Below, in pieces: positions 50,030 through 64,000 of a DNA stretch of 64,000 nt (position 1 is the stretch's first letter; every line of letters begins with the position of its first letter). The stretch lies in the NCBI RefSeq assembly GCF_009914755.1, contig NC_060925.1. One strand, 5' to 3'. Position numbers and translations under genes: made by a program. Source of the DNA: the human T2T-CHM13v2.0 reference genome, Homo sapiens. The notes beneath the pieces were generated by a model. The model was given only the letters and a program-made list of their open reading frames with translations. It was not told where the DNA came from and did no database searches.

Positions 50030-50600
50030 CAGCGCCTGAACACCGCTGACTTAGCTTGAGTAAGGGAACTCACTGGGCCCTGCAGCTGTGATCTCTCCCT
50101 GCAGACCTCAAGACCATTCCCTTTCCCCTCCTAAGGGGAGAATGTCAATACTCCTCTCCCTCGCCTGTAGCCGGTCCGCTCACAAGTGTGCCTCTGCGTA
50201 GTAGATCAGTGTGGCCCCCACCCCCAATCTGCAGTCCTCACTGACTCAGTGGCCTGGCATGGGGGCGGCAAACGCTGACCCTGAGCTGCTACAGTTACCA
50301 GTAGCGGCTAATGTTGGTGACAACCCTGGGGGGAGGGGAGCGGAATAAGGGGAATGGGAAGTGGGATTCTGGGAGCCCTGTGGAGACTCTAGCTGCCCTT
50401 TCACCTCTCAGCTCTCTGAGCGATTTGTATTCCCAGTTCCCAGCTGTGAATCCATGCAGTCGGCTGCAGAATGCTAGGGATAAAGTGCCAAAAACCTAGC
50501 AGGAGGTGAGAAAGGAAAGCCTTTGTCATCACCTCCACACCGCTACCATGCTGCGTCTGTGTTTATAAAAGGGGGAACATAAACAGACTCGGGGAGACCT
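50030..50600. promoter_or_regulatory. Candidate enhancer/promoter-like unique GC-richer patch
   Basis: Locally retained CpGs; CCAAT ~50224, AP-1 TGACTCA 50242-50248, GC box GGGGGCGG 50261-50268, TTTATAAAAG ~50562. Motif evidence only. Confidence 0.3.
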
Positions 50601-50746
50601 AATGATTTGGGTTATGGGGCTTTGGAAGTGGCTGAAATTCTGCCCCTTGCTTTTTGTTGACCCAGTAGAAGAAATATCACCTAGGAGGAACGCTTCAGAT
50701 AAGTCAGCTGTCAAGAAAGAGGTGAAGATGATCAAATAAATAAACT

Positions 50747-50844
50747 CAACTGTTCTGCTAAGAGGCCAGGCTAGACTGGGGGATTATAATGGAGGCAGAG
50801 GAACTGGGAGAGCTTAGGGCCTGACTTGCCTCTTTTTTGAGTTT
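50747..50844 (+). repeat. 98 bp diverged direct repeat (partner 52221-52318)
   Basis: Ungapped alignment, 79/98 identical by manual count. Confidence 0.9.
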
Positions 50845-52169
50845 CTGGAGGGTGTTCAGCTCAGCGACTCTACAGAAGGAATATATATACCACCAGAAAC
50901 TCCGGAAGGTGAATAGACAAAGTAGATTTCACTTCCAGGGGAAAAAACAAAAGAGTCTGCCATCTTCTTGTCTTAACTCATCGATAAAAGTCTGAAACTT
51001 GAATGCTTTCTTCTTGCATGCAGACTAGAGGGAAAGGACATTTGAATATTAATAACTGGAGGAGGCTGACTGAGGCTTGAAGTACATAAACACTTGAGTT
51101 TGATGATTAATATTTGTCATCATGGAAGATTTTTCTCCAACATTTTCCCTGGGCACTTTTTTGGTTGAATTTATTTACTATTATCTTAAGAAAGAAATCT
51201 TTAAACCATGCAGGCTGAGGTTTGAGGCATTCTCAGTTGCTAATTTAACTTACTAAATCAGAGACTGTTTCTCCCAGTGAAAGCTTTGGATTCTTCACTA
51301 ATCCTAATTGTCGATAAAAAACTGGTAAGTGGTAATGAGGCAGGAAGCCGTGGATGGCTGTGAGATCCCAGGAGGGTATTACCCTCTCCTTCAAATATCT
51401 GGATCAACAACCAGCCATTAGCCACAGTGTGATGTAATTATATTGGAAGAACTTTGGACAGATGGTTGAGATGTTTCTGTTTATACTGTAATTCTTTCCC
51501 CTAAAATATATATTTATTTGATATCAGACTAAGCATATTTAGATGAATAGTCTGTTCATCTATTTTTTCCCCTCTCTGGGACCTTTTTTTAAAACCCCTT
51601 TTTGCTCTGAGTTTCTGTTATAAGAACATACAAAGATGAAAGGCCAGAAAGTTAGCTTTTAAACCTGGCAATAAACCCTATAAACCAACCAACATCAAGG
51701 GAGAGGGCACTAGAGCATTGTCAACTGTGACAAGATAATCTCAGAAACAGACCCTGCTCAAGTTCAAATTCAATACAGATGGAGATTTTTAAAATAAAGT
51801 GGGCTGGGAAGGAGAATGATCTTTGCTGACCTAACTCCAAAGCAAGAAGCATAATCTGGCCCAAATTTTAAAAATAGAGAACTGTCCAAGAATAATAATA
51901 GTATCTTGCTGGGAAAGACTTTTTATCTTAGTTTAGTCAGAAAAAATAGAATGTAAAGCTTTTCTCAATTTCTCCAGTCCCACATTGTGAGCCCTGGTTC
52001 TTTATTAGTCCTTTTCTAAACCATGGGTAGATATGAATGGTGGTGGATAAATTCAGCCAAGGAGGAATTGTGGGTAGGTAGAGACACAGATGCAGGGGAG
52101 GTAGATGAATCAAAATTGAAGGTGCAGGGATGGGTTAGGACTGTGTGGCTAGACTCCTTTTCTAGAACT

Positions 52170-52625
52170 ACTTATGGTTTCCTGAACAGCCCTGCTATGT
52201 CATATCACTTGCCCCTGGGCCAACTATTCTGCTAAAAGGCCACTCCAGACTAGGTGACTATGATGGAGGCAAAAGAATTGAGAATGCTTATGGCCTGACT
52301 TGCTCCTTTTTCGAGTTTGCACATGCTGTTCCCTTTGACAGTCTTCTTATCCATTCAAGATAAGACTTACCCTGCAAAACTCAGCTCATTGAGGACCTTC
52401 TCTGGAAATCCCTCCGTTTTTCCTGGTTGGATCAACAACCACTCTTCCCTTGGTACATTCTGCCTCTGTCTCAGCCCCTGTCTACCAGAGTGATATTCAT
52501 GTTGACTCAACTGACTTCAATACTTGTCTGTGAGTTCTTTGAGAACAGGGACCTTATTCTTATTACATCTGTCCCAGGTGATGCCAAGCTGTAGTAGGCA
52601 CAGAGTGAATATTTACTGAGTTTGA
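52170..52625 (+). mobile_element. L2 3' fragment carrying the second copy of the 98 bp repeat (52221-52318)
   Basis: CTGGGCC|insert|TTTGCACATGCTGTTCCC..TGTGAGTTCTTTGAGAACAGGGACC..GTAGGCACAGAGTGAATATTTACTGA. Confidence 0.7.
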
Positions 52626-52771
52626 TTTTATTAGAATTGAGTTGAAGTGAATTGAGAATTAGATCCCCCACTCAATGGCTTTCATAGCAGAAATGCTGGA
52701 GTCATATGTTAATTTAAAGTTGTTCTTTTTCTGGCATGAATTGGGCCAGGGAATAAGATGCTCTTAGGCTG

Positions 52772-53276
52772 TATCTAGGTTGATTCCATGACTTGGCTGT
52801 TGTGACTAGTGCTGTGATGAACCTATGAGCACATGTGTCTTTTTGGTAGAGCAATTTATTTTCCTTTGGGTATAAAATAAAATATGGTACATATACACCA
52901 TGGAATACTATGCAGCCATAAAAAGAATGAAATCATGTCCTTTGTGGCAACATGGATGCAGGTGGAGACCATTATCCTAAGCAAATACAGGCAGAAAGAG
53001 TAAACCAAATACTGCATGTTCTCACTTATTAGTTGGAGCTAGGCACTGGGTACACATGAACATAAAGACAAGAACAACAGACACTGAGGACTACTAAGGC
53101 GGGGAGAAAATGAGGGAGGTAAGGATCTAAAAACCACCTACTGGGTACTATGCTCACTACCTGGGTGACAGGATCATTAGTACCCCAAACCTCAGTGTCA
53201 TGCAATATACTCTTGTAGCAAACCTGCCCACGTACTCCCTGATTCTAAACATTGAAATTATAAAAGAAAAAAAAAA
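52772..53276 (+). mobile_element. Short L1PA16-like insertion with 5' inversion
   Basis: 52772-52874 is antisense ORF2. 52875-53276 is sense ORF2 end, 3' UTR (GGGTACTATGCTCACTACCTGGGTGAC) and A-tail. Confidence 0.85.
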
Positions 53277-53507
53277 CCCAAAACTAAAGTGAGCCTCTTT
53301 TCTTCCAACCCACTGAGGTATTGTAGAGCCAAAGATATAATTAATGTATATCCCAAACTGGCAGGTTGTGGCATAAAAATGCGGCCCATCGACATTTAAA
53401 AAACAAACATTTGGTGGACATGAGGCACATTACCAATATAAGTGAGGGATTTTGTTTTCTTCTTTATCCGTAACTTGTCAGAAGCCTGGTGAGAAATCTC
53501 AGAGATA

Positions 53508-54113
53508 CGGTCATGTGCCGCATAATGTTTCGGTCAATGATGAGCCACATATACAGGTGGTCCCATAAGATAATAATTGAGCTGAAAATTTCCCATTGCC
53601 TAGTGATGTAGCTATTGCAACCTTGTAGTGCAATTGCTTTATTTTTTAAGTAAATGTAGTGTAACCTAAGTGTACAGTGTTTATAAAGTCTACAGTAGTG
53701 TATAGTGATGTCCTAGACCTTCACATTCACTCACTACCCACTCACTGACTCACCCAGAGCAACTTCCAGCCCGGCAAACTCCATTCATTGTAAGTGCCCT
53801 ATACAGGTGACCATTTTTTATTTTGTATACCTATTTTATTTTTTATACTTATTGTATACCTTTTCTATGTTTATATACGTTTAGATAGAAAATTACTTAC
53901 TACTGTGATACAGTTACCTACAGTATTGAGTATAGGCACACTTTTACAGATTTGTAGCCTAGGAGCAATAGACTGTACCATATAGCCTAGATGTGGAGTG
54001 AGCTATACCCTCTAGGTGTGTCTAAGTACGCTCTGTGATGTTTTCACAACCACTAAATCACCTAAGGATGCTTTTCTCACAATGTATCCCCATCATTAAG
54101 CAATGCATGTCTA
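53508..54113 (+). mobile_element. Tigger3 (Golem) non-autonomous DNA transposon, ~600 bp
   Basis: TA|CGGTCATGTGCCGCATAATG..GGTGGTCCCATAAGAT..CACTCACTGACTCACCCAGAGCAACTTCCAG..TTAAGCAATGCATGTCTA (terminal inverted repeats). Confidence 0.88.
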
Positions 54114-55394
54114 TGTTTTAAAAGTTCTAGCTAGTTGTATAAATTACCTGTTTAGTTCCTATCTTTCATTAAATCAAATTGAAGTTAGCAAGAAAGACAG
54201 TCTCACTCCATTGCATGCCTGATCTCTCTGGAGACTTAGAGTATTCCAAGTTATGGTTTGAGAGGATCTGGAACATGGTGTTACATAAGCATTTAAAGAC
54301 TGTAGAGTCACAGAAACTTGGATTTGAATCATGGATCTGCCAAATAAAAATAAGATCTTTAACCTTTTTATTTCTCTCCTTATAAAAATGAAATCAGTCT
54401 AGATAAATCATTTAATCCAGGGTCCACTACTCTGTAAGAATTTAATAACCAATTATTATTGTTATTATTATCTACTACCAGATATTCCAACACCAGTTGA
54501 GAAGCTCAAGCAATTTGCTGAGCATTTTTGTTCATTGCCACCTTCTGAGTAAACTCTACCCTTTTGACTCCTGATGTAATACTTGCAGTTTATTAATAAT
54601 ACAATTTAGACTTAGCATCCTGCTACCAAGTCAGTATTTTTTCACCATCTTGAATCTGATTATGACATTTAATAGGGAAACAATTAGACAAGACCAGTTG
54701 TTTCATAATGAGATTAAAGAGTTATCATTTGAGATTATCTAATTCAATGCCTTGCTTGCCAATGGCATTAACTCAACTCTCAATGCACACAACAGAGTAG
54801 GTCATGGGTTCAGGCTCAGGTGACAAGATGCCAAAGGCTTGAGCATCAATTTACCTATCAAGGTTCCCCACATAGCTCATTCTGTGATTTTTTTTTTTTG
54901 GTTATAATAGTTGCAATAAAGTCAGAGTATCTCTCCTTTGATAACATGTAGTAAACATATACTTTTATGCCATGAAATTTATAGAGAACATACAAGTGGT
55001 TGAAACACTAAGCTCACAAACGACACTTACCAGAAATGCATTGTCCTGGTTTTAGATAATTATTTTAAGACATATTCCCAGATTATGCTTACTCTGTGCC
55101 TAACCCAGAGCTAACCAATTATGGAACAAAGAAAAGATATGCTGTGGCATCTGCTGTCAGATTTAGCTACAATTAGGGTTATCTGGTGATCAGAATTATT
55201 AACCGAGGTCCCTAATGACGTGAAGAAAAATATATTACCCAAATGCAACCGGATAATGCCCACATTGGCTAATAGATGATATTAACATTAGCCAGCTAAA
55301 TGTGAAATTATTGATTTCTTTTTGCAGATTGGATAGAAACAAAAGTTCAGCTAATTTTAAAATAAGCTATTGAGAAGAGTGGCATTTTTCTTTT

Positions 55395-57905
<2,511 letters not shown>

Positions 57906-58059
57906 TATTAGGCTGGCACAGTGGCTCATGCATGGAATCCTAGCACTTTGGGAAGTCGAGGTGGGAGGATCGCTTGAGCCCAGAAGTTTGAGACCAGCCT
58001 GGACAACATACACAATGTCTTTACGAAAAAGAAAAGGGAAAGAAATTAGCCAGGCATGG

Positions 58060-58512
58060 TGTCAGGCCTCTGAGCCCAAGCCAAGCCATCGCATCCCCTG
58101 TGACTTGCACATATATGCCCAGATGGCCTGAAGTAACTGAAGAATCACAAAAGAAGTGAATATGCCCTGCCCCACCTTAACTGATGACATTGCACCACAA
58201 AAGAAGTGTAAATGGCTGGTCCTTGCCTTAAGTGATGACATTACCTTGTGAAAGTCCTTTTCCTGGCTCATCCTGGCTCAAAAAGCACCCCCACTGAGCA
58301 CCTTGTGACCCCCACTCCTGCCCGCCAGAGAACAAACCCCCTTTGACTGTAATTTTCCTTTACCTACCCAAATCCTATAAAACGACCCCACCCTTATCTC
58401 CCTTCGCTGACTCTCTTTTCGGACTCAGCCCGCTTGCACCCAGGTGAAATAAACAGCCATGTTGCTCACACAAAGCCTGTTTGGTGGTCTCTTCACACGG
58501 ACGCGCATGAAA
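58060..58512 (+). promoter_or_regulatory. 5' LTR7
   Basis: TGTCAGGCCTCTGAGCCCAAG...GCGCATGAAA. TATAAAA 58376-58382; AATAAA 58448-58453; AAAAGAAG at 58149 and 58199. Confidence 0.97.
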
Positions 58513-58514
58513 TT

Positions 58515-58532
58515 TGGTGCTGTGACTTGGAT
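58515..58532 (+). other. Primer binding site, tRNA-His
   Basis: TGGTGCTGTGACTTGGAT versus canonical TGGTGCCGTGACTCGGAT (two CpG transitions), immediately after the 5' LTR. Confidence 0.92.
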
Positions 58533-58655
58533 CGGGGGACCTCCCTTGGGAGGTCAATCCCCTGTCCTCCTGTTCTTTGCTCCATGAGAAAGATCCACCT
58601 ACGACCCCAGGTCCTCAGACCGACCAGCCCAAGGAACATCTCACCAATTTTAAAT

Positions 58656-58664
58656 CAGGTAAGC
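58656..58664 (+). promoter_or_regulatory. HERV-H major splice donor
   Basis: CAG|GTAAGC about 145 bp after the 5' LTR. Confidence 0.75.
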
Positions 58665-59109
58665 GGCCTCTTCTTACTCTCTTCTCCAACCTCTCTCACT
58701 GTCCCTCAACCACTTTCTCCTTTCTACTCTTCAATCTCTCCCTTCTCTTAATTTTAATTCCTTTCATTTTCTGGGAGAGACAAAGGAGACACATTTTAAC
58801 CATGGACTCAAAACTCGGCGCTGGTCACGGACTGGGAAGGCAGACTTCCCTTGGTGTTTCATCATTGCAGGGACGCCTCTCTGATCATTCACCCACATTT
58901 CAAAGGTGTCAGACCATGCAGGGACGCCCACCTTGGTCCTTCACCCTTAGCGGCAAGTCCCGCTTTTCTGGGAAAGGGGCAAGTACCCCAACCCCTTCTC
59001 TCCTTGTCTCTACCCCTTCTCTGCTTTTCTGGGGGAGGGGCAAGTACCCCTCAACCCCTTCTCCTTCACCCTTAGTGGCAAGTCCTGCTTTTCTAGAGGA
59101 GGGGCAAGT

Positions 59110-59292
59110 ACCCCAATCTCGTATCTCTGTGCCCCAATCCCTTATTTCCGTGCCCCAACCTCTTATATCTCTGCGCCCCAATCCCTTATTTCCGTGCCCC
59201 GACCCCTTATTTCTGTGCTCTGACCCCTTATTTCTGCACCCCATCCCTTATTTCCACACCCCAACCTCTTATCTCTGTGCCCCAACCCCTTT
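59110..59292 (+). repeat. ~21 bp degenerate tandem array in the HERV-H pre-gag region (about 8-9 units)
   Basis: Units like GCCCCAATCCCTTATTTCCGT / GCCCCGACCCCTTATTTCTGT. Confidence 0.85.
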
Positions 59293-59399
59293 TCCCACTT
59301 TTCTGGAAGGTAAGAACCCCCAAACTTCCCTTCATTTCTCTACTCTCTCTTTTCTCCAGGCTTGCTTCCTTCACTATAGGCAACCTTCCACCCTCCATT

Positions 59400-60600
59400 C
59401 CTCCTTCTACTCCCTTGGCCTGTGTTCTCAAAAACTTAAAACCTCTTCAACTCACACCTGACCTCAAACCTAAATGCCTTATTTTCTACTGCAATGCTGC
59501 TTGACCCCAATACAAACTTGACAGTAGTTCCAAATAGCCAGAAAATGGCACTTCGAATTTTTCCATCCTGCAAAATCCAAATACTTCTTGTCGTAAAATA
59601 GGCAAACGGTCTGAGGTGCCTGACATCCAGGCATTCTTTTACACATCAGTCCCTTCCTAGTCTCTGTGCCCAGTGCAACTTGTCCCAAATCTTCCTTCTT
59701 TCCCTCCCACCTGTCCCCTCAGTACCAACCCCAAGCATCGCTGAGTCTTTCTAATCTTCCTTTTCTACAGACCTATCTGACCTCTCCCTTCCTCCCCAGC
59801 CTGCTCCTCACCAGGCCAAGCTAGGTCCCAATTCTTCCTCGGCCTCCACTCCTCCACCCTATAATCTTTTTATCGCCTCCCCTCCTCACACCCGGTCTGG
59901 CTTACAGTTTCGTTCCGTGACTAGCCCTCCCCCACCTGCCCAGCAATTTACTCTTAAAAAGGTGGCTGGAGCCAAAGTCATAATCAAGGTGAATGCTCCT
60001 TTTTCTTTATCCCAAATCAGATAGCGTTTAGGCTCTTTTTCATCAAATATAAAAATCCAGCCCAGTTCATGACTTGTTTGGCAGCAACCCTGAGACGCTT
60101 TACAGCCCTGGACCCTAAAAGGTCAAAAGGCTGTCTTATTCTCAATATACGTTTTATTACCCAATCTGCTTCCGACATTAAATAAAACTCCAAAAATTGG
60201 AATCTGGCCCTCAAACCCCACAACAGGACTTAATTAACCTCACCTTCAAGGTGTACAATAACAGAAAAAAGTTGCAATTCCTTGCCTCCTCTGTGAGACA
60301 AACCCCAGCCACATCTCCAGCACACAAGAACTTCCAAACGCCTGAACCGCAGCAGCCAGGCGTTCCTCCAGAACCTCCTCCCCCAGGAGCTTGCTACACG
60401 TGCCGGAAATCTGGCCACCGGGCCAAGGAATGCCCGCAGCCCGGGATTCCTCCTAAGCCGCGTCCCATCTGTGTGGGACCCCACTGAAAATCGGACTGTT
60501 CAACTCACCTGGCAGCCACTCCCAGAGCCCCTGGAACTCCGGCCCAAGGCTCTCTGACTGACTCCTTCCCAGATCTTCTCAGCTTAGCGGCTGAAGACTG
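59400..60600 (+). pseudogene. gag: HERV-H gag remnant
   Basis: CCHC knuckle CYTCRKSGHRAKEC at 60392-60433; second knuckle broken (RPICVGPH*KSDC). 5' boundary approximate. Confidence 0.85.
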
Positions 60601-60609
60601 ACACTGCCC

Positions 60610-62830
60610 GATCGCCTCGGAAGCCCCCTAGACCATCACGGACGCTGAGCTTCGGGTAACTCTCACAGTAGAAGGTAAGCCCGTCCCTTTCTTAATCAAT
60701 ACGGAGGCTACCCACTCCACATTACCTTCTTTTCAAGGGCCTGTTTCCCTTGCCTCCATAACTGTTGTGGGTATTGACAGCCAGGCTTCTAAACCTCTTA
60801 AAACTTCCCAACTCTGGTGCCAACTTAGACAATACTCTTTTAAGCACTCCTTTTTAGTTATCCCCACCTGCCCAGTTCCCTTATTAGGCTGAGACACTTT
60901 AACTAAATTATCTGCTTCCCTGACTATTCCTGGACTACAGCTGAATCTCATTGCCGCCCTTCTTCCCAATCCAAAGCCTCCTTTGCGTCCTCCTCTTGTA
61001 TCCCCCCACCTTAACCCACAAGTATAAGATACCTCTACTCCCTCCTTGGTGACCGATCATGCACCCCTTACCATCTCATTAAAACCTAATCACCCTTACC
61101 CCACTCAACGCCAATATCCCATCCCGCAGCACGCTTTAAAAAGATTAAAGCCTGTTATCGCTTGCCTGCTACAGCATGGCCTTTTAAAGCCTATAAACTC
61201 TCCTTACAATTCCCCCATTTTACCTGTCCTAAAACCAGACAAGCCTTACAAGTTAGTTCAGGATCTGCGCCTTATCAACCAAATTGTTTTGCCTATCCAC
61301 CCTGTGGTGCCAAATCCATATACTCTCCTATCCTCAATACCTGCCTCTACAACCCATTATTCTGTTCTAGATCTCAAACATGCTTTCTTTACTATTCCTT
61401 TGCACCCTTCATCCCAGCCTCTCTTTGCTTTCACTTGGACTGACCCTGACACCCATCAAGCTCAGCAAATTACCTGGGCTGTACTGCCGCAAAGCTTCAC
61501 AGACAGCCCCCATTACTTCAATCAAGCCCAAATTTCTTCCTCATCTGTTACCTATCTCGGCATAATTCTCATAAAAACACACGTGCTCTCCCTGCCAATC
61601 GTGTCCGACTGATCTCTCAAACCCCAGCACCTTCTACAAAACAACAACTCCTTTCCTTCCTAGGCATGGTTAGTGCAGTCAGAATTCTTACACAAGAGCC
61701 GGGACCACACCCTGTAGCCTTTCTGTCCAAACAACTTGACCTTACTGTTTTAGCCTAGCGCTCATGTCTGCGTGCAGCGGCTGCCACTGCTTTAATATTT
61801 TAGAGGCCCTCAGAATCACAAACTATGCTCAACTCACTCTCTACAGTTCTCATAACTTCCAAAATCTATTTTCTTCCTCATACCTGACGCATATACTTTC
61901 TGCTCCCCGGCTCCTTCAGCTGTGCTCACTCTTTGTTGAGTCTCCCACAATTACCGTTGTTCCTGGCCCAGACTTCAATCTGGCCTCCCACATTATTCCT
62001 GATACCACACCTGACCCCCATGACTGTATCTCTCTGATCCACCTGACATTCACCCCATTTCCGCAAATTTCCTTCTTTCCTGTTCCTCACCCTGATCACG
62101 CTTGATTTATTGCTGGCGGTTCCACCAGGCCTAATCGCCACACACCAGCAAAGGCAGGTTATACTATAGTACAAGCCACTAGCCCGCCTCTTAGAACCTC
62201 TCATTTCCTTTCCATCGTGGAAATCTATCCTCAAGGAAATAACTTCTCAGTGTTCCATCTGCTATTCTACTACTCCTCAGGGATTCTTCAGGCCCCCTCC
62301 CTTCCCTACACATCAAGCTTGAGGATTTGTCCCCACCCAGGACTGGCGGATTAGCTTTACTCAACAGGCCCGAGTCAGAAAACTAAAATACCTCTTAGTC
62401 TAAATAGACACTTTCACTGAATAAGTAAAGGCCTTTCCTACAGGGTCTGAGAAGGCCACCGGAGTCATTTCTTCCCTTCTGTCAGGCATAATTCCTCAGT
62501 TTAGCCTTCCCACCTCTATACAGTCTGATAACAGATGAGCCTTTATTAGTCAAATCAGCCAAGCAGGTTTTCAGGCTCTTAGTATTCAGTGAAACCTTTA
62601 TATCCCTTACGGTCCTCCGTCTTCAAGAAAAGTAGAACGGACTAAAGGTCTTTTAAAAACATACCTCACCAAGCTCAGCCACCAACTTAAAAAGGACTGG
62701 ACAATACTTTTACCACTTTCCCTTCTCAGAATTCAGGCCTGTCCTGGGAATGCTACAGGGTACAGCCCATTTGAGCTCCTGTATGGACGCTCCTTTTTAT
62801 TAGGCCCCAGTCTCATTCCGGACACCAGAC
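60610..62830 (+). pseudogene. pol: HERV-H pro-pol remnant (PR, partial RT/RNase H, partial IN)
   Basis: PR active site decayed to FLINTEAT (60689-60712). RT motifs LVQDLR, VLDLKHAFF, LPQSFTDSP, with the YxDD region deleted. IN motif DTFT near 62407. Confidence 0.9.
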
Positions 62831-62859
62831 CAACTTAGACTGTGCCCCCCCGCCCAAAA

Positions 62860-63277
62860 AAAAACTTGTCATCCCTACTATTTTCTGTCTAGTCATAATA
62901 CTCCTATTCACCGTTCTCAACTACTCATACATGCCCTGCTCTTGTTTACACTGCCGGTTTACACTGTTTTTCCAAGCCGTCACAGCTGATATCTCCTGGT
63001 GCTATCCCCAAACTGCCACTCTTAACTCTTGAAGTAAATAAATAATCTTTGCTGGCAGGACTATGCTGAATCTCCTTAGGCACTCTCTAATCAGATGTCC
63101 TAGGTCCTCCCAATTCTTAGACCTTTTATACCTGTTTTTCTCCTTCTGTTATTCCATTTAGTTTTTCAATTCATACAAAACCGTATCCAGGCCATCACCA
63201 ATCATTCTATACGACAAACATTTCTTCTAACATCCCCACAATATCACCCCTTACCACAAGACCTCCCTTCAGCTTAA
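62860..63277 (+). pseudogene. env: HERV-H env remnant (mostly deleted)
   Basis: C-terminal peptide QFIQNRIQAITNHSIRQTFLLTSPQYHPLPQDLPSA* ending at 63277. Confidence 0.8.
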
Positions 63278-63426
63278 TCTCTCCCACTCTAGGTTCCCAC
63301 GCCGCCCCTAATCCCGCTTGAAGCAGCCCTGAGAAACATTGCCCATTCTCTCTCCATACCACCCCCCAAAAATTTTCGCCGCCCCAACACTTCAACACTA
63401 TTTTGTTTTATTTTTCTTATTAATAT

Positions 63427-63439
63427 AAGAAGGCAGGAA
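63427..63439 (+). other. Polypurine tract
   Basis: AAGAAGGCAGGAA abutting the 3' LTR. Confidence 0.85.

Positions 63440-64000
<561 letters not shown>

Noticed and set aside
51400-52441. 14 bp exact match TGGATCAACAACCA at 51400 and 52428
   Set aside because: Does not extend on either side; a match of this length is plausible by chance in 64 kb.
59110-59292. Periodic ~21 bp units as a CRISPR-like array
   Set aside because: No unique spacers; a tandem array that is a usual part of the HERV-H leader in eukaryotic DNA.
58434-59461. ORFs 58434-58751 and 58851-59075 resemble the HERV-H-derived ESRG predicted protein; a 294 aa ORF spans 58577-59461
   Set aside because: Generic HERV-H leader sequence. 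The ESRG-like frame is split here and all three ORFs begin at non-ATG codons. The C-rich composition makes long open frames expected.

Overview
This is repeat-dense primate (human-like) genomic DNA, not prokaryotic. I found no protein-coding exon, RNA gene or CRISPR array that I can support. Most ORF-track entries are Alu, L1 or ERV read-throughs or short chance ORFs. The window holds about 25 Alus, several old L1M/L1PB/L1PA fragments, L2/MIR remnants, DNA transposons (MER33, Tigger3) and solo LTRs (MST x2, MLT1, MER11, ERV1/ERVL types). It also holds a 4.3 kb 5'-truncated L1PA and a two-LTR 5.8 kb HERV-H/LTR7 provirus inserted into an Alu. I do not see a new multi-gene system. The strongest observations are mutational and retrotransposition scars readable from the sequence: (1) two independent ~100 bp templated insertions, each copied from ~1.5 kb away; (2) a nested fold-back palindrome complex at 46.9-47.2 kb; (3) an L1 with a 3' transduction and an apparent younger-subfamily conversion patch; (4) a twin-priming inverted L1; (5) an LTR7up-type HERV-H with ~99% identical LTRs and clustered G-to-A changes. 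Subfamily names come from my recollection of consensus sequences and need RepeatMasker/Dfam confirmation. Boundaries of old elements are approximate.
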